Shown: positions 13,242 through 26,013, counted from the whole stretch's first letter. The stretch: 63,722 bases of DNA, filler included, from Reticulomyxa filosa (GCA_000512085.1; 18 parts of 18 records of this genome joined end to end with filler, not necessarily neighbours in it), one strand, 5' to 3'. Made by a program: numbers and translations. The notes: generated from the letters alone by a model not told the origin.

Positions 13242-14792
13242 CAATTTCTTGTGCCTTGGAATGAAATGCATTGCAATGAAATTGATTATCTTTCAAATTT
13301 TGATGGAACTGTTTAATATTGCGATGGGACAATGTATCAAGCATAATCTGCAAAGATAGAGTTTTGGAAGTGCCAGGTCTGCCAACTAATATCATTGGTA
13401 TGAATGTAACCACACAGAAAAACAATATGAATAAATTTTCTTTTAGAGTATTGTGCAATGCCACTTGAACTGATATTTCAAATGATTCTGATAAACTCTT
13501 TATTTCACTATCCAATAATTCTGAAAATGAGCGCTTGTTTCTTTGATACATAACATCATTGTACATTTTTTTTCCATTGTCATCCAATCGAAAATAATAA
13601 TACAATCCCAATGCAATATTCAACGCCCTTCCTGCCCATGATAATTTGTTGTCATTTTCTAATACTATTTCATATTGTTGCATTAACCAATAGAAAAAAT
13701 GAAGACATCTGCTCACATCACGTAATGAAACAATAAATTCATTTGCCAAATACTTACGCAAAAAACTTTGTAATGCATCAATATCCTCTGTAATTTTTAA
13801 TTCCCACTATTGTATTTTTTGTAAATGACAGTATTGTTATCAAATTTATCTTTGATTTGTTTGGTCATTGCTCAATAATCTTGATTTTATCACTGATTTT
13901 CACACCATCCAAACTGTGATCACAAATGAGTTCTTTGAACCATCTGATGTCAGGAGATGTATTCACTTCATCTAACAATATCCACATCTCCTTTTTTTCT
14001 TTGTCTTTGGAGAGCCGTTCATTCAATCTTTCGTCACTTGACTTATTTCATGTCTTCCAAATCCTGCATGAACACCCACCACAATCAACTGCACATTCAC
14101 GACGTGTCCCAAAAAATTTGATCAAAGATGTTTCCCCGCATCCACTTTCACCCATCAAAATCACATAAGTATTTGTTCGAATTTTCATAAAAATGGCAGC
14201 CATTTTCAGAATTTTGTCAAATGTCAATACACAATTCGATCATTCCGATTCATATGTTTTATGTCACTAATCAACACGTAAATATTTTCTGTTGAGAAAA
14301 TCAAATTAACAAATAATTTATATTAAGTAACAATTTTTTTAAATACATAAACACATAAATAGTTAATCTCCATTTTGATTGACCAGTAACAATATTCTTT
14401 GGAATTATGCCATTTTTCACACAAATAAAACTCTTTTTGTCCTGTACTTTCAGTGTTCTATTTTTATATTGACGACAGCACAATATTTTAGCCATTTCAA
14501 TCACTGAATTTGTGATATCGTGTTTCCATTTAACCGATTAAAAATCTATGTCTGGGAGTTTATTCTCAACAATGGTGATTGTGCCAAGAGTACAAATTGT
14601 TGGTACAAATATTTAAAAAAAGAGATTTGATGGGATGGATTTAATCTACTTATTTCATTGAAGTAAGTTTCCATAAATCTCTTTTCCTTTTTTTTTAAGA
14701 ACACAAAAAATATTGTTTGTAAAAAAAAGTATAAAAGAAGTAATGAGTTTGAAGATAACCTTAAATTTCCATTGTAAATTCTTGCATCCATT
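13242..14792 (-). pseudogene. RNF213-like AAA+ ATPase pseudogene, paralogue of the gene at 43603
   Basis: Collinear with about 50800-52900: HQISFFKYLYQQF, ILMGESGCGETSLIK (Walker A K to E), WILLDEVNTSPDI, IVSLRDVSRC, ILVGRPGTSKTLS. Carries multiple stops, frameshifts and an internal deletion. Confidence 0.9.
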
Positions 14793-14912
14793 NNNNNNNN
14801 NNNNNNNNNNNNNNNNNNNNNNNNNNNNNNNNNNNNTTAATTAATTAANNNNNNNNNNNNNNNNNNNNNNNNNNNNNNNNNNNNNNNNNNNNAAAAAAAA
14901 AAAAAAAAAAAG

Positions 14913-15538
14913 GTACAATTGAAACAGTTGATAGTGACCACGATGGCTGAGAAGATAGATTACATTCATCGCAAAGAATATCACAAACAGTTCATTGCAA
15001 TTGATCAAGGCCATGATGGTGCTATTGATTGGACGGATATCTACTCGTTTGTGCTCAAAGTGGCTCCGCACGCAGATGACAAACAAGTACAGATAGCTGC
15101 TAAAGCTGTGGTTGAAAATATTGCCGGAAGTTCAGATCGACTCATTTCGAAAGAACTTTGGGATCGTGCCAGTGTTGCCAAACTCCTTTGTTCGGAACAA
15201 CTCATTGCTAAACAATTTAAAAGTTATTCTCAAATATATATGTATGTGTACGATATATTACCCCCCCCCCATTTATTCCAATAAAGATCAAAATATTTTT
15301 TATATTGCATAATTGCTTTGTTTGTTTTCTTACCACGTATGGAGTAGAACTAGATATCGATGAAGATGGATTTTTGACTGTGCAAGACTTGACCCAAATA
15401 TTTAAAGCCTTATCTCTACAACAGATTCAGCAACTTATTGATGAAATTGATTCAAATGACGATGGCCAAATTAATTTTGAAGAATTTAAGTGTGCGATGG
15501 TGTTCCAACCCGCTTATGCTCCGTTACAACAGACATAA
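14913..15538 (+). CDS. C-terminal calmodulin-like EF-hand domain, CDPK type (5' truncated)
   Basis: Junction-like LKQLIVTTMAE, then EF loops DQGHDGAIDWTD, a degenerate EF2, DIDEDGFLTVQD and DSNDDGQINFEE. One intron at about 15223-15347. Confidence 0.8.
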
Positions 15539-16345
15539 ATGTAGCTTTAAGGAGAGGCTGGGGTGAATTACTTGCATTCCTACCTGAATAGACGATCAGT
15601 GTGTACAGGTGGAAAGCTCTTTATTTATTTTTTAACGCTTTGGTTTGGAGCAATGACCATTTGTTTATTGATTTGAATCGTATTTTTTTTTTAACCATAG
15701 GTTTTTGTGTTGTGGTACAAATCAAAGGTGTTTATTTTTTATAATTTTAATAAAGCAACTTTGCTTCAGATTTCGAGTACGTTTGTTTTAAAAACGCGAT
15801 AATGTGACAAAAAATTTTTACACTTGGTTTCGTCGTAGTTATATTTTGTATTTTTAATTAATCTTCTATAAATGTTTGTAAAAAATCTTAGGTTGATTTA
15901 GAACAATGAGTTTGTTTTTTTTAATTTGTGAAAAATACAATGATAAGATAGTCATTGCAACTATCACTGGCAATATACACTCTTGTTAATGTTCACGCTC
16001 AAGTTGGTAAAATATGGATCTAAAATCAATGAAGTGCCAAACTTGACAAAAACTACAAATAATATACAGACCACACATCGAATGGATAGAAATAAACTCA
16101 GTTAAAATTTAAATTGATTGTGTCAATACACTTTTATGGCATAGTTTTTTACTTGCCGTGTGTTTATATCCACAGAGCGATTAGTTTTTTTGATTAAACA
16201 ATATGTATAAGTTTATTTTTGACAAACAAAAAGGAAAAAAAGCAAGAAAACGTCTAGCACAACACAAGTACTACTTTACATAATCAAATTAAATGATTGA
16301 TGTATACAAGAAGTTACGAATAACTCAAACTAATACCAATTTTCT

Positions 16346-17788
16346 TTACGTTTGAGATGATTTAATCTCTTGGCCTTTGGGATCGTTGGTGTTAGTGTTG
16401 CTTTCTAAAAGTGTTCCCCCCCCCATGTGCAATCCAGCAAAGTCACGATAAATCCTTGAAAAAGATACACATATATAAAAAAAAAAGTATTTAATCGAAC
16501 GTGTAGCGAGTTTCATTTTCGCGAATTGGGGATGATAAACAAATAAAAGTCCAAGCAATAAAGAAAGATTGGAGAAGAGATCAATAAAGTCGATTTCCCA
16601 TGATAATTCTTTGCGTTGAATGAAATCTTGACTAAGTATATTCAGCACCAATTGAGTAAAGACATAGGATAGCAAGGTGACAATAGAGACACGAATTCGA
16701 GTGAGAGCCTGTTGATTTTCTGTATTTTGTTTCGAATACCTAGAGGAGCTAAAATTGGCGGTCATTTGCGCATGCATTCGAAATGTCTCACTGACGACTT
16801 GATGCATTTTCCAACCGAAATATACGTACAAGATTGCCATAATAAAAACAATGATACACATGAGTGTTTCCCAAATATAGAAGAACGGACGGCGCAAGAA
16901 AAACAGCACCAATAGGACAATCACAAGCAATAGCAAGATGACAAATGCGCCAATGTAAAGATATTGAAGCGACAGGAATTGTCGTGAGGTGGAATTATCA
17001 AAAGGGTTGCTAATGGCAATCCACGACCGTAATACCGCACATAGAATGATAAATGACAAAATAATGGAAAAAACGAGAACAATAGCGAAGATGCTTTCAA
17101 TCGCAAAATAAGAAACAGAAGTATTAGTCAAAGGTACAAAGATCAATAGCAAACACAATAAGCATTGCAACCAACTATGTACCCAAAGTGCAGCCAGAAC
17201 AAACAACCCAATGGTGAACTCGTTCTTTTGTTTCTTGTGCATGTGCATAAATATTGGAAACAAGTGCCACGGCAAATACAGCATGACTACTCCAAACATA
17301 AATGCAAAGGATGTATGAGTCCATCGATACTTGGCCTGAGCTAGCAGTTCAGAGATCGATTGTTGGCTTTTCGTGGTAAACTTTTTGAGAATGGTGAACG
17401 TGGTGACATGGGTGCAAACGCAAGTGACATGCGAGGGGTTGTGACTTATTGTAAAACAGCCACTATCATTCCAATGTCCGGCCTTCATTCCATCTTTTTG
17501 CCACATGCATATTGGTGTAATGTTGCTGTCAATCTTATCCATTGCAAATGTGATATTCACCGGACTGGCCAAGTGCGTCCGCTCTTGCGATGTAATCCCT
17601 TTCAGTTCCACTCGGATGCTGCTGTCAATCCACTCCCCATTGTTGCTGCTGTTCGTCGTCAATGTCATCACATTGGGACTTTTCAACAGCAGCACGTCTA
17701 TGCTTTTGTAATCGCTCTCACGATTGGTCTTGTTCACCACTGCAAATGAAATGCCAACTTCAATATCCGATAGTATGGCGCCCACATC
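16346..17788 (-). CDS. adhesion-GPCR-like receptor: GAIN/GPS motif plus 7TM (5' truncated)
   Basis: GPS consensus C-M-W...HWNDSGC...VTCVCTHVTTFTIL, followed by seven hydrophobic helices. The ectodomain has many N-x-S/T sequons. Confidence 0.85.
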   Translation of the reverse strand, partial: DVGAILSDIEVGISFAVVNKTNRESDYKSIDVLLLKSPNVMTLTTNSSNNGEWIDSSIRVELKGITSQERTHLASPVNITFAMDKIDSNITPICMWQKDGMKAGHWNDSGCFTISHNPSHVTCVCTHVTTFTILKKFTTKSQQSISELLAQAKYRWTHTSFAFMFGVVMLYLPWHLFPIFMHMHKKQKNEFTIGLFVLAALWVHSWLQCLLCLLLIFVPLTNTSVSYFAIESIFAIVLVFSIILSFIILCAVLRSWIAISNPFDNSTSRQFLSLQYLYIGAFVILLLLVIVLLVLFFLRRPFFYIWETLMCIIVFIMAILYVYFGWKMHQVVSETFRMHAQMTANFSSSRYSKQNTENQQALTRIRVSIVTLLSYVFTQLVLNILSQDFIQRKELSWEIDFIDLFSNLSLLLGLLFVYHPQFAKMKLATRSIKYFFFYICVSFSRIYRDFAGLHMGGGTLLESNTNTNDPKGQEIKSSQT

Positions 17789-17994
17789 TAATACGTTTCA
17801 TTTGTATCATCATCATCAACAACAACAACAACAAAACATGCATGTACGTATACATACATATATACATATATATACGTATATATATATTTTTTTTNNNNNN
17901 NNNNNNNNNNNNNNNNNNNNNNNNNNNNNNNNNNNNNNTTAATTAATTAANNNNNNNNNNNNNNNNNNNNNNNNNNNNNNNNNNNNNNNNNNNN

Positions 17995-20075
17995 CAGTGA
18001 TGATTCCATTCATGTGTGGAATATTGTATAACAATATCATTTCTAAGAAAGATCCATCAGGATCAGGTTTATTGTATTTTTGGAAATTGTTACATTTATC
18101 ACCACCTCAAATTGTTCCAATTTATCAAATGATGTTATTTATGCATTGTTTGGATGCTTGTAAAGCAGACACAAATAGTTCATTTCTTTCATCACGACTT
18201 CAAACTTGTCATAAATCACTTGTTGATTCATTCAAAACATGGATGATTGCTTGGATCCATTTTGACAAAGACAAAGATTATGCTTACGGAAAGGATTGGC
18301 TCAATGATTACAAGAGAATCCTTGTCAGACCATTAAATGAAGTGATGGAATTGCATTTACCCAATTTTCAATATGTTTTGCATCATCGAGATATCCACTT
18401 GTGTATCATCAATCAAATTAAGATAATTCAAACACAATTGAATACACTTGATGATGAGGAATTAATAAAAGATCGATTGAATTTATTACAGTATTTGTGC
18501 ATTTCAACAGAAACTTTAGATATTGTTGTCCAATGTTTCAAACAAAGTTTTAAGAGATATAGTGGGATATGTGCAAACTTACTTTGTGTGATATCAGTGA
18601 AATTGAATGAACAACAGTTGGATGATGCCATTGAACTTTTAATGGATGGACTTGTTGACAAAGATGAATATATTCATGAATGTTGTGCATGTTCAATTAG
18701 AGAAATATCATTGAAATTGAATGAGAGACAATTGAATAAAGTGTTTGAGTTTTTGATGAATGCCTTTGAGAGTGGAAAAATTACAATTTATTATTTCTGT
18801 GATAGCGCACTTGCAGCAATTTTATCACAATTGAGAGAAAAGCAGTCGGATAATGCATTCCAATGTTTGATTCATAGATTTCCTTATTTTTGTGATTATG
18901 CGACTCAATTTATAATGAAATTGAAAGAAGAACAATTAGGTGATGTCTTTCAATGTTTGATTAATCGATTATCCGATGAAAAAGAAAATGAATATTATCG
19001 TGAAAAATGCGCACAATTACTTGGAAAATTCTCAATGAAATGGAATGAAAAACAATTGAAAGATGCTTTCAATTCTTTAAAAGACATGCCCAATAAAGAT
19101 TATGATTGGACGTACAGAGAAGCACTTGAGACAATTACAGTGAACTTGTCTGGGAAACAATTCGATAATGCTTTTAATTATTTAATTCGTAAATTAAATT
19201 GTGAAAACGAATATTGGTATAAAGATGAACACGTTGGTCTACTTGAAAGAATTGCACAGAGATCGGATGAAAAACAAATGAACATTGCATTGGGCTATTT
19301 TATGGATAAGTTAAATGATAAAAATGAACATCAAAATATTCGTATCAAGTGCATTCAATTAATTAAAGAAATTTCAAAAAAATGTAATAAACAACAATTG
19401 AATAAAGCTTTTAACTCTTCAATGGATATACTCACTGATAAAAACGATAATATATATGTGCGTATGAAATGCGCAGGATTATTTGGGACAATTGCAGTGA
19501 ATCTAAATGGAAAACATTTCGGTGATGCTTTTCAATGTTTGACAAATGGATTTAAAGATAGTGATCATTTTGTTCGAAATTCATGTATAGTGGCACTTGT
19601 AACGCTTTCAAAGGAATGGAATGATAAACAATTGGATATTACTTTTCAATGTTTGATTGATGGATTTCAAAATATAAATGGATATTGTTGTTATACATCC
19701 AGAAATTTACTTGAAGAAATTGAAATGAAATTGAATGAAACACAAATCGATTCTGTTTTCACATGTTTGATCAATGGACTCAAAGGTAACAGTAAATGGA
19801 ATCAAACAGCGTGTGCAGAATCTATTGGATTTCTTTCAATGAAATTAAACAAAAAGCAATTGGATGCTGTTTTCGAATGTTTGAATGGATTAGAAGATGA
19901 ATATGAATGTATTCGTGCTTTATGTAAAAAATCACTTGAAACGATTTCAACAAAATTGAATGATAGACAATTGGATAAAGTTTTCAGTGCTTTCATTCAT
20001 GGGTTAAAAGATAAAGATAAAAGTGTTCGTAGATCATGTGCAAGATCACTTGGAGTAATTTCAAAAAAATTGAAT
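17995..20075 (+). CDS. HEAT/ARM-like repeat protein fragment, possibly the C-terminal part of a NACHT-HEAT protein
   Basis: Uninterrupted frame across the whole contig with about 12 repeats of ~38-41 aa (consensus LNEKQLD.AF.CL.NGLKD....VR.SCA..LG.IS.K). The start (IPFMCGILY...LLYFWKLL...FMHCLDAC) resembles the helical region after NACHT domains, but the NTPase itself is not in the window. Confidence 0.85.
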
Positions 20076-20347
20076 NNNNNNNNNNNNNNNNNNNNNNNNN
20101 NNNNNNNNNNNNNNNNNNNTTAATTAATTAANNNNNNNNNNNNNNNNNNNNNNNNNNNNNNNNNNNNNNNNNNNNTATACATGGAATAAATCACATAATA
20201 TCTTTCTTCTAGTACTATCTTATCTCTTGCATTTATTTGAAAAGTTCAATGTTAAAAAAAACTATCTTAACAAACAAAAAAAGTTTAAAATTAATTATAA
20301 TGTCTAATGTTAACACAAAATAAACATAGAAGAAAGTAAAAATCATT

Positions 20348-20620
20348 ATGATGAAGCACTTTGATGAATTTACAAAGGGAAGAGCTTTGCAAATGCTTTT
20401 GGATGGAAAGTCTGTGCGAAAAGTGGCAAAACAAGATCTTAACCCAATTTAGAACATTTGTTGAATTATTAAGTACAGTACTTACAAAAATATACTATTT
20501 TCCAGCAAAGAGTATCTATTTGAGGAGTTTAGCAATCAATTGTACTAGATTGAAGGTGATTTGTGTGATATACTTATTGCTTCAACGCATAAGCGCATTC
20601 ATGAAGTGATATGCCAATAA
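20348..20620 (+). mobile_element. degraded IS630/Tc1/mariner transposase N-terminal HTH region
   Basis: MMKHFDEFTKGRALQMLLDGKSVRKVAKQ resembles the first Tc1 HTH (E..RGRI.G.L..GKS.REVA). Later YLFEEFSNQLY*IEG...ASTHKRIHE resembles the second HTH (L...G..VS.STI.RRLHE). Stops and frameshifts present; no terminal inverted repeats (TIRs) found. Confidence 0.5.
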
Positions 20621-21854
20621 GTAGTAAATTCACATAAAATATACTTTTAAACACAAGTGTAAACGTTTGTTAAATATATTATTTTTTCTTTACAGTTTGA
20701 TATAGATTTAATGAAAAAATTTTTTCAAAAAAAAAGTCATATTGTAAAAGCAAGCTAAAAAAATTAAATGTATAATATTTTAAATAAATGCAATAAATAA
20801 GATAGTACAACATATATGAAAGATAGTATGTTATTTGTTCTATGTGTCTACAAATTATTTTTACTTTAGCTCTTTTCAATAAAGATATACAAGTCAAATA
20901 CTAAAAAAGACATCTTTTTTTTTTTGTAATTTTTTTTTGCAAACTACTGTACAATGTAATCGGTAATTATATTTATTGTTAATTTACGATGTAGTGTACA
21001 GAAGTTTTTGAGAAAAAGGTATTTCGAAATTCATTTGAGCATTGACACAAAATACTATTGCATCGCCTACACAATTGTGGGCATTATAAAGATTTTATAA
21101 TATTATCAGCATTTACATTAATTTGTACAGTCAGTCAATAGTTACATATATTGCTCAATTTTAATATATCACTTGACCGTCACTTCCTCCATTAAAAAAA
21201 ATAAAAATATCGTCTTTACATATTTTGTGACAATTAATTTTTGAGCATCAGTTCAATTTAAAAGTTATTTGAAAAAAAACAACCGAAAAGATATAAAAAA
21301 GTTTAGTACCTTTTTTTAGCGCATTGATTTGTCAATTTTTTTACGAATTATATAGTCATTAGACTTATCATCAAGTTTATCATTGAAGACATTTTCGATT
21401 TCTACTTGTATGTCTTTAACACTTCCGATGGCAGTTTTGTATGTAGTGACAATTATTTGATTTCAGTTATATATGAATATAACTGTTACTTTTTCAGCAA
21501 CAAAAAAGTCATACACCATGTGAATACATTTTATGAAATTGACGAAGTCATACTGATTCAATATGAGCGAATTGCATAATATTCAATAACTTTATAATAA
21601 AACTTCAAGAATGAACAATATACTTTTGGCACTGAATTATCGAGATCTGTAAAAATACAACTTTATTACAAGATGGAATCTAGACTTATTGACCATAAAT
21701 TATCTTGTTCCAGTCAAACTTCTAATCTACTAGTATATATTACTATAAACACGTAGCATTTTCAGTAGTTATGAAACACTTTTGAAAAGAATGCTGAGAA
21801 ACTTTTCATTTTAATAAATTAAGTAAGTAAAAAGAAGGATCAAAGAGATATACA

Positions 21855-23329
21855 ATGTCTGTACCCAATGGACTAACTAGCAATCGAATCCGTGTTGGGG
21901 ACAAAGTTTCTGATTGGCTCCGATTTTTACAAGATATCGAAGACACAGACAAAAATGATCAGCAGCTGGATTTGACCACTGATTTGACGTGGATGCTTGA
22001 TAATGGAAATGACAACATAAAAGGTGCTCAGAGCGAGTTAAATCCAATGGCAGATACAAATGCATATCAACGAATATTAAAAAAATACTTGCTGGAAAGT
22101 AGTGCGGATAACCTACACTATACTATTAACGGTGTAGCTGAACACCTAGTGTCTTCAAATGAGAAGTATTTAAGGATCGATGCAACTGAAGCACTCAGCA
22201 TCGGAATAAAAGATGCACACTTACAAAAAAGAGAAATTATAGAAAAGGGAATATTATGTAAAGGTAAAAACTGTGTGTAAAGTACCCTTGAAAAAAAACA
22301 AGTTCAATGAAAAATACAGAATCACGCGATTTTTTCATTGAAATCTTTTGGTTCTTTTTCATAAGTTATTTCATTAATGAGGAGCACAATCAAAAGTTCA
22401 AAAAGCCAATGTCTCGTCAGTTGAGCATTACTTGGTTGTCGCTACTTTTGGCTAACGAAATTCAACTATTTGAAAATTATCCCTATACGCATAGCATGTC
22501 TTCGATTAATGAAGAAAAAATCAGTGAAAAACTTCATTCTACTAGCAATAATAGCACTACTACAGCAAAGGTAGAGCAAAAAAGTTTTAAAAAAAGCAAA
22601 AATAAAATAGTGAAAAGAACACGAAGTGGATGCACATGTAAAAATTATTTCTTTGAAATTTATCCATTCGTTGTAGGAGAAGCATTGTTTGTCATTTTGA
22701 TCAGGCTATTTTCTCACTCTTGTGAAATTTTAATTCATCCCTTTGTTCGTAACAAGATTATGGATGATATTTATGAAATATTCAACGGAGTTCCACTTTC
22801 CTCTTTTGTTAGAGAACAACAGCTCTTGCAAATTTTTCCACAGGGTACAGTTGTACCACCACCTATTTTACCTACTTTTGAACAAAATTCAAAAATTACA
22901 ATTTCAACAAAGCCTGGAAAAAACAGCAGCCATGGATTTCACAAACTTCCATTAGAACGGTGGTTAATGGAAGAAATAAAGATCAACAATCACCCCATTG
23001 CCAGACTCGAAAAGCCGGGCAAAAGTCACATTAGTATTAATAAGATAAGTCCAATACTTTCACTGCATCTAACCACATCAGTACTTAAACAAGGACAACT
23101 TGTCCCTCATTATACTTTTTCTCAATATTCGACATGCGACCTGTTTGGGGACAACATCTTGTCCGAAACGACGTCGCACGACTTCGACAAAGAGGAAGAG
23201 CAACTAAAGCGAGCAATTCGCAAAGTATTAAAAGATCGATTTTCCAATCACAAAAAAAAACGGAAAAATTTGAATGTATCATGTAGTAATAAAAAGCAAA
23301 ACACAACAAATGAACATAATTTGATGTAA
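21855..23329 (+). CDS. FAM227-like (FWWh domain) protein, two exons
   Basis: Intron 22264-22319 joins the ORFs in frame. SRDFFIEIFWFFFISYF...KNYFFEIYPFVVGEALF..L.RLF..S...IYEIFNG and a later ISPIL match the FAM227 pattern DxFWWxF...KDxFFxxYPxxLAQA...FPxS...SG...SPL. Confidence 0.6.
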
Positions 23330-23819
23330 AATATTTTGAAGTAGTTTTTTAATTTTTGTTTGTAATTGTAATTATTAATTGAAATAATATATTGAAAAAC
23401 TGACATACATAAATTGCACACTTATGTAGTTTTTAAATATGAAATTGGTTTTATAATAACTTTTCTACGTTGGATAAAAACATCGTTTTTCATATGTTTT
23501 TGAAAATTTCGCAATAATGAATATAAATTAAAACTGTATTGTCAAGACGAGATTCTTAAATCTTTTTGTTTCTTTTTTAGGAATCTTCAAGTCACGTATA
23601 TACCTTTAAAAAAAATTGCCATTGTTAGTTTTCAACAATTAAAATTTCATTTGATATAAGTTTTTTTGAATTTTTATTTGTTTATTGAGTTTTGTGACAT
23701 GATTGAAATGTTGGAACAACATGTAATTTTTATAATAAGACTGTAGGTCAAGCCCTTATCACACATGGCTGAGTAGACTCCCCACAATACACAACGCATA
23801 ACATGTCACTTTAAATATT

Positions 23820-24070
23820 TCTTTATACATTTTATAGCTGATTTCATCATATACCTTGCGGGCATTCATAGCACCTTTTGGACTAAAGCAAGCCCGATAA
23901 TCGCTCTTACCAATTTTGTCTTTTGATTCTGATACTATCTCCTAAGTTTTAGTTTGGTCATTTTCAAACCTATTTTAACACAAAAGTTGTCTTTGTTTCA
24001 TCTGCCAGAATCGAACGACATGAATCCATTGTGCCAACAATCAATATCTTTATATTATCTTTTTATGTTG
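23820..24070 (-). mobile_element. degraded Tc1-like DDE transposase catalytic-domain fragment
   Basis: Across frameshifts it reads SILADETK (like VLFSDESKF) and YRACFSPKGAMNARKVYDEISYKMYKEIF (like VWGCFS.KG.G.L..I.G.MN...Y.EIL). Stops present. Confidence 0.5.
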
Positions 24071-24472
24071 CTTATTTCTTAATTTAGTTATTTTTAAATT
24101 GTTCTGAATATTACCAATAATCGGATATTAATTTTTCTATAAGGTCAAATATTATAAATGATGTACTTGACAAATTGTTTCGTTTTTAGTTTTTTGTGAA
24201 CCCACTTAATTATTTTTGTTTTTTGATAAATATAATACTATGTCCAACTGGACAGAATTGTAGGAGTTTTCCTAAAAGAAATTGTCAGAATGTAGATTTT
24301 ACTTGGAAAACTGCATTTTTAAAAATAATACATACAAATATAGAGCGAAATAGGAAGCGCAGGTATTCCAACTTTGCTCAAGACCTCATTGAATGATATA
24401 AAGTTGAGGGAAAAAAAAGTTGTTGAAAGCAATACAGCAAACACAATAAACAAATATTTGGTTTACAACTCC

Positions 24473-25913
24473 TTATCTAACACCTTTGTCTCCAGATAAT
24501 TCTTCGTCGCTGTCTCTTTTTTGATTTTCGCCATGTTCAGGGATACTTGATTGTGCTACTCTTTCCTGAAGTTGTTTTTGGCGTTCATGCTCTTCGACGT
24601 CAATAGTTTCCCATTGAGTTCTTCCGAGTTCCAATGAATGCGAATCTCGTTTCATGTTCTCACCGGTCTGTGCCTTCGTGGTCGTTACTTGATTTTGGTC
24701 GGCATTGTCCTGATAAGTTGGTGGCTGTGATGAAGTCGAGGCGCTTTTTGCCTTGAGGTAATACACAACACCAGCGATGGAAATAAGAATGATGAGACCA
24801 AATGAAAGTCCAATGGCAAGGCCGTCATTCCCCTTTTTGCTCGACGACTGAGTTCCGCCGTCATGATCTGACCATTTTGTGGGCAAGTGCATGGAAATGA
24901 TTTTTAACTCTTATTTCAAAAAAAAAAAAAAGAAGACAATAAGAACAAACGAAACCCAAGTATCGTGGACAGCTATTTTGGGAAGTCACATTGATATCAG
25001 CATACCATCCATCGGAAGACACCCAAATGCAAGTTGCAGGATCCCAATTCGTATATTCCAGACAATAGTATTTTGCGCTATTAGTACTGGGTCCGACTTT
25101 CCACATGTTCAAAATATTATCAAAGTAAACATACCAAGTGTGACCTTGTTCCGAATGTTTCCAAAAGGGTCGATTTCCAGACCCAGATGTCACAATGCTA
25201 TATGAACCAGTCAAGGTGGTCATGCTTGAATTTGTCGTCGTAATACACAAGTCTACAAAAATCATATTTTGTTTTTGTGATGACAAAATATCAATCGAAT
25301 GATAAAACAGTTCCACAAAAAAAAAAAAAAAAAAACAACAACAAAACTTTGAGGATACACACTGTCCGGAGGGGCAGTGGTTGTGGTGCAAGCACCTCCA
25401 TACGTTTGAATGCTGCACATGGCTTCGAAGCAATAGGATTCACCAAAGTACCAGCATCCCCAACACTCTGTCGGAGTGTCGGTATCTGCGAAGCAGTATC
25501 CATAAACTCCGACCGAGCGGGTGGTGTTGGGGAGAGAGTCTGCAATGACCCAAATGCGAAGTGCCGATCGTCTGTCTCCGAAATACCATAAATAGGCCGA
25601 AAAATCGGTGCCTTGCAACTGGCGATTGGACCACACACGTCGGCCGCTCGAAGTGGTGATATTCGGCATCAGCTCATATTCTCCTTCCAAAAATAAATGC
25701 GAGGTCGACCCTGCTTGGGATACACATATTTGGGTTGGGAATATGTTGGTCGATTTCTCCAGGACCTCTTCCGTGGTTATGAATGCTTTCAGAAGGACAA
25801 TCGTCCTTGGTTATCACAAAAGAGTTGTCCACAATGTAGTCGTCATCGTACGAGTTGCATTCCGTCAACACATACCACTTTTGACATTGCTCGGGATGGA
25901 ACAAGGCCTGATT
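24473..25913 (-). CDS. type I membrane protein with repeated Cys/Trp-rich extracellular modules (5' truncated)
   Basis: At least two full ~100-aa repeats and one partial (C..G.Y...GR..W...Y(L/V)(W/Y)F...W.(I/V)...YC...P..C..W), then TM helix LAIGLSFGLIILISIAGVVYYL and a charged cytoplasmic tail. Two introns and one homopolymer frameshift near 25690. Confidence 0.75.
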
Positions 25914-26013
25914 NNNNNNNNNNNNNNNNNNNNNNNNNNNNNNNNNNNNNNNNNNNNTTAATTAATTAANNNNNNNNNNNNNNNNNNNNNNNNNNNNNNN
26001 NNNNNNNNNNNNN

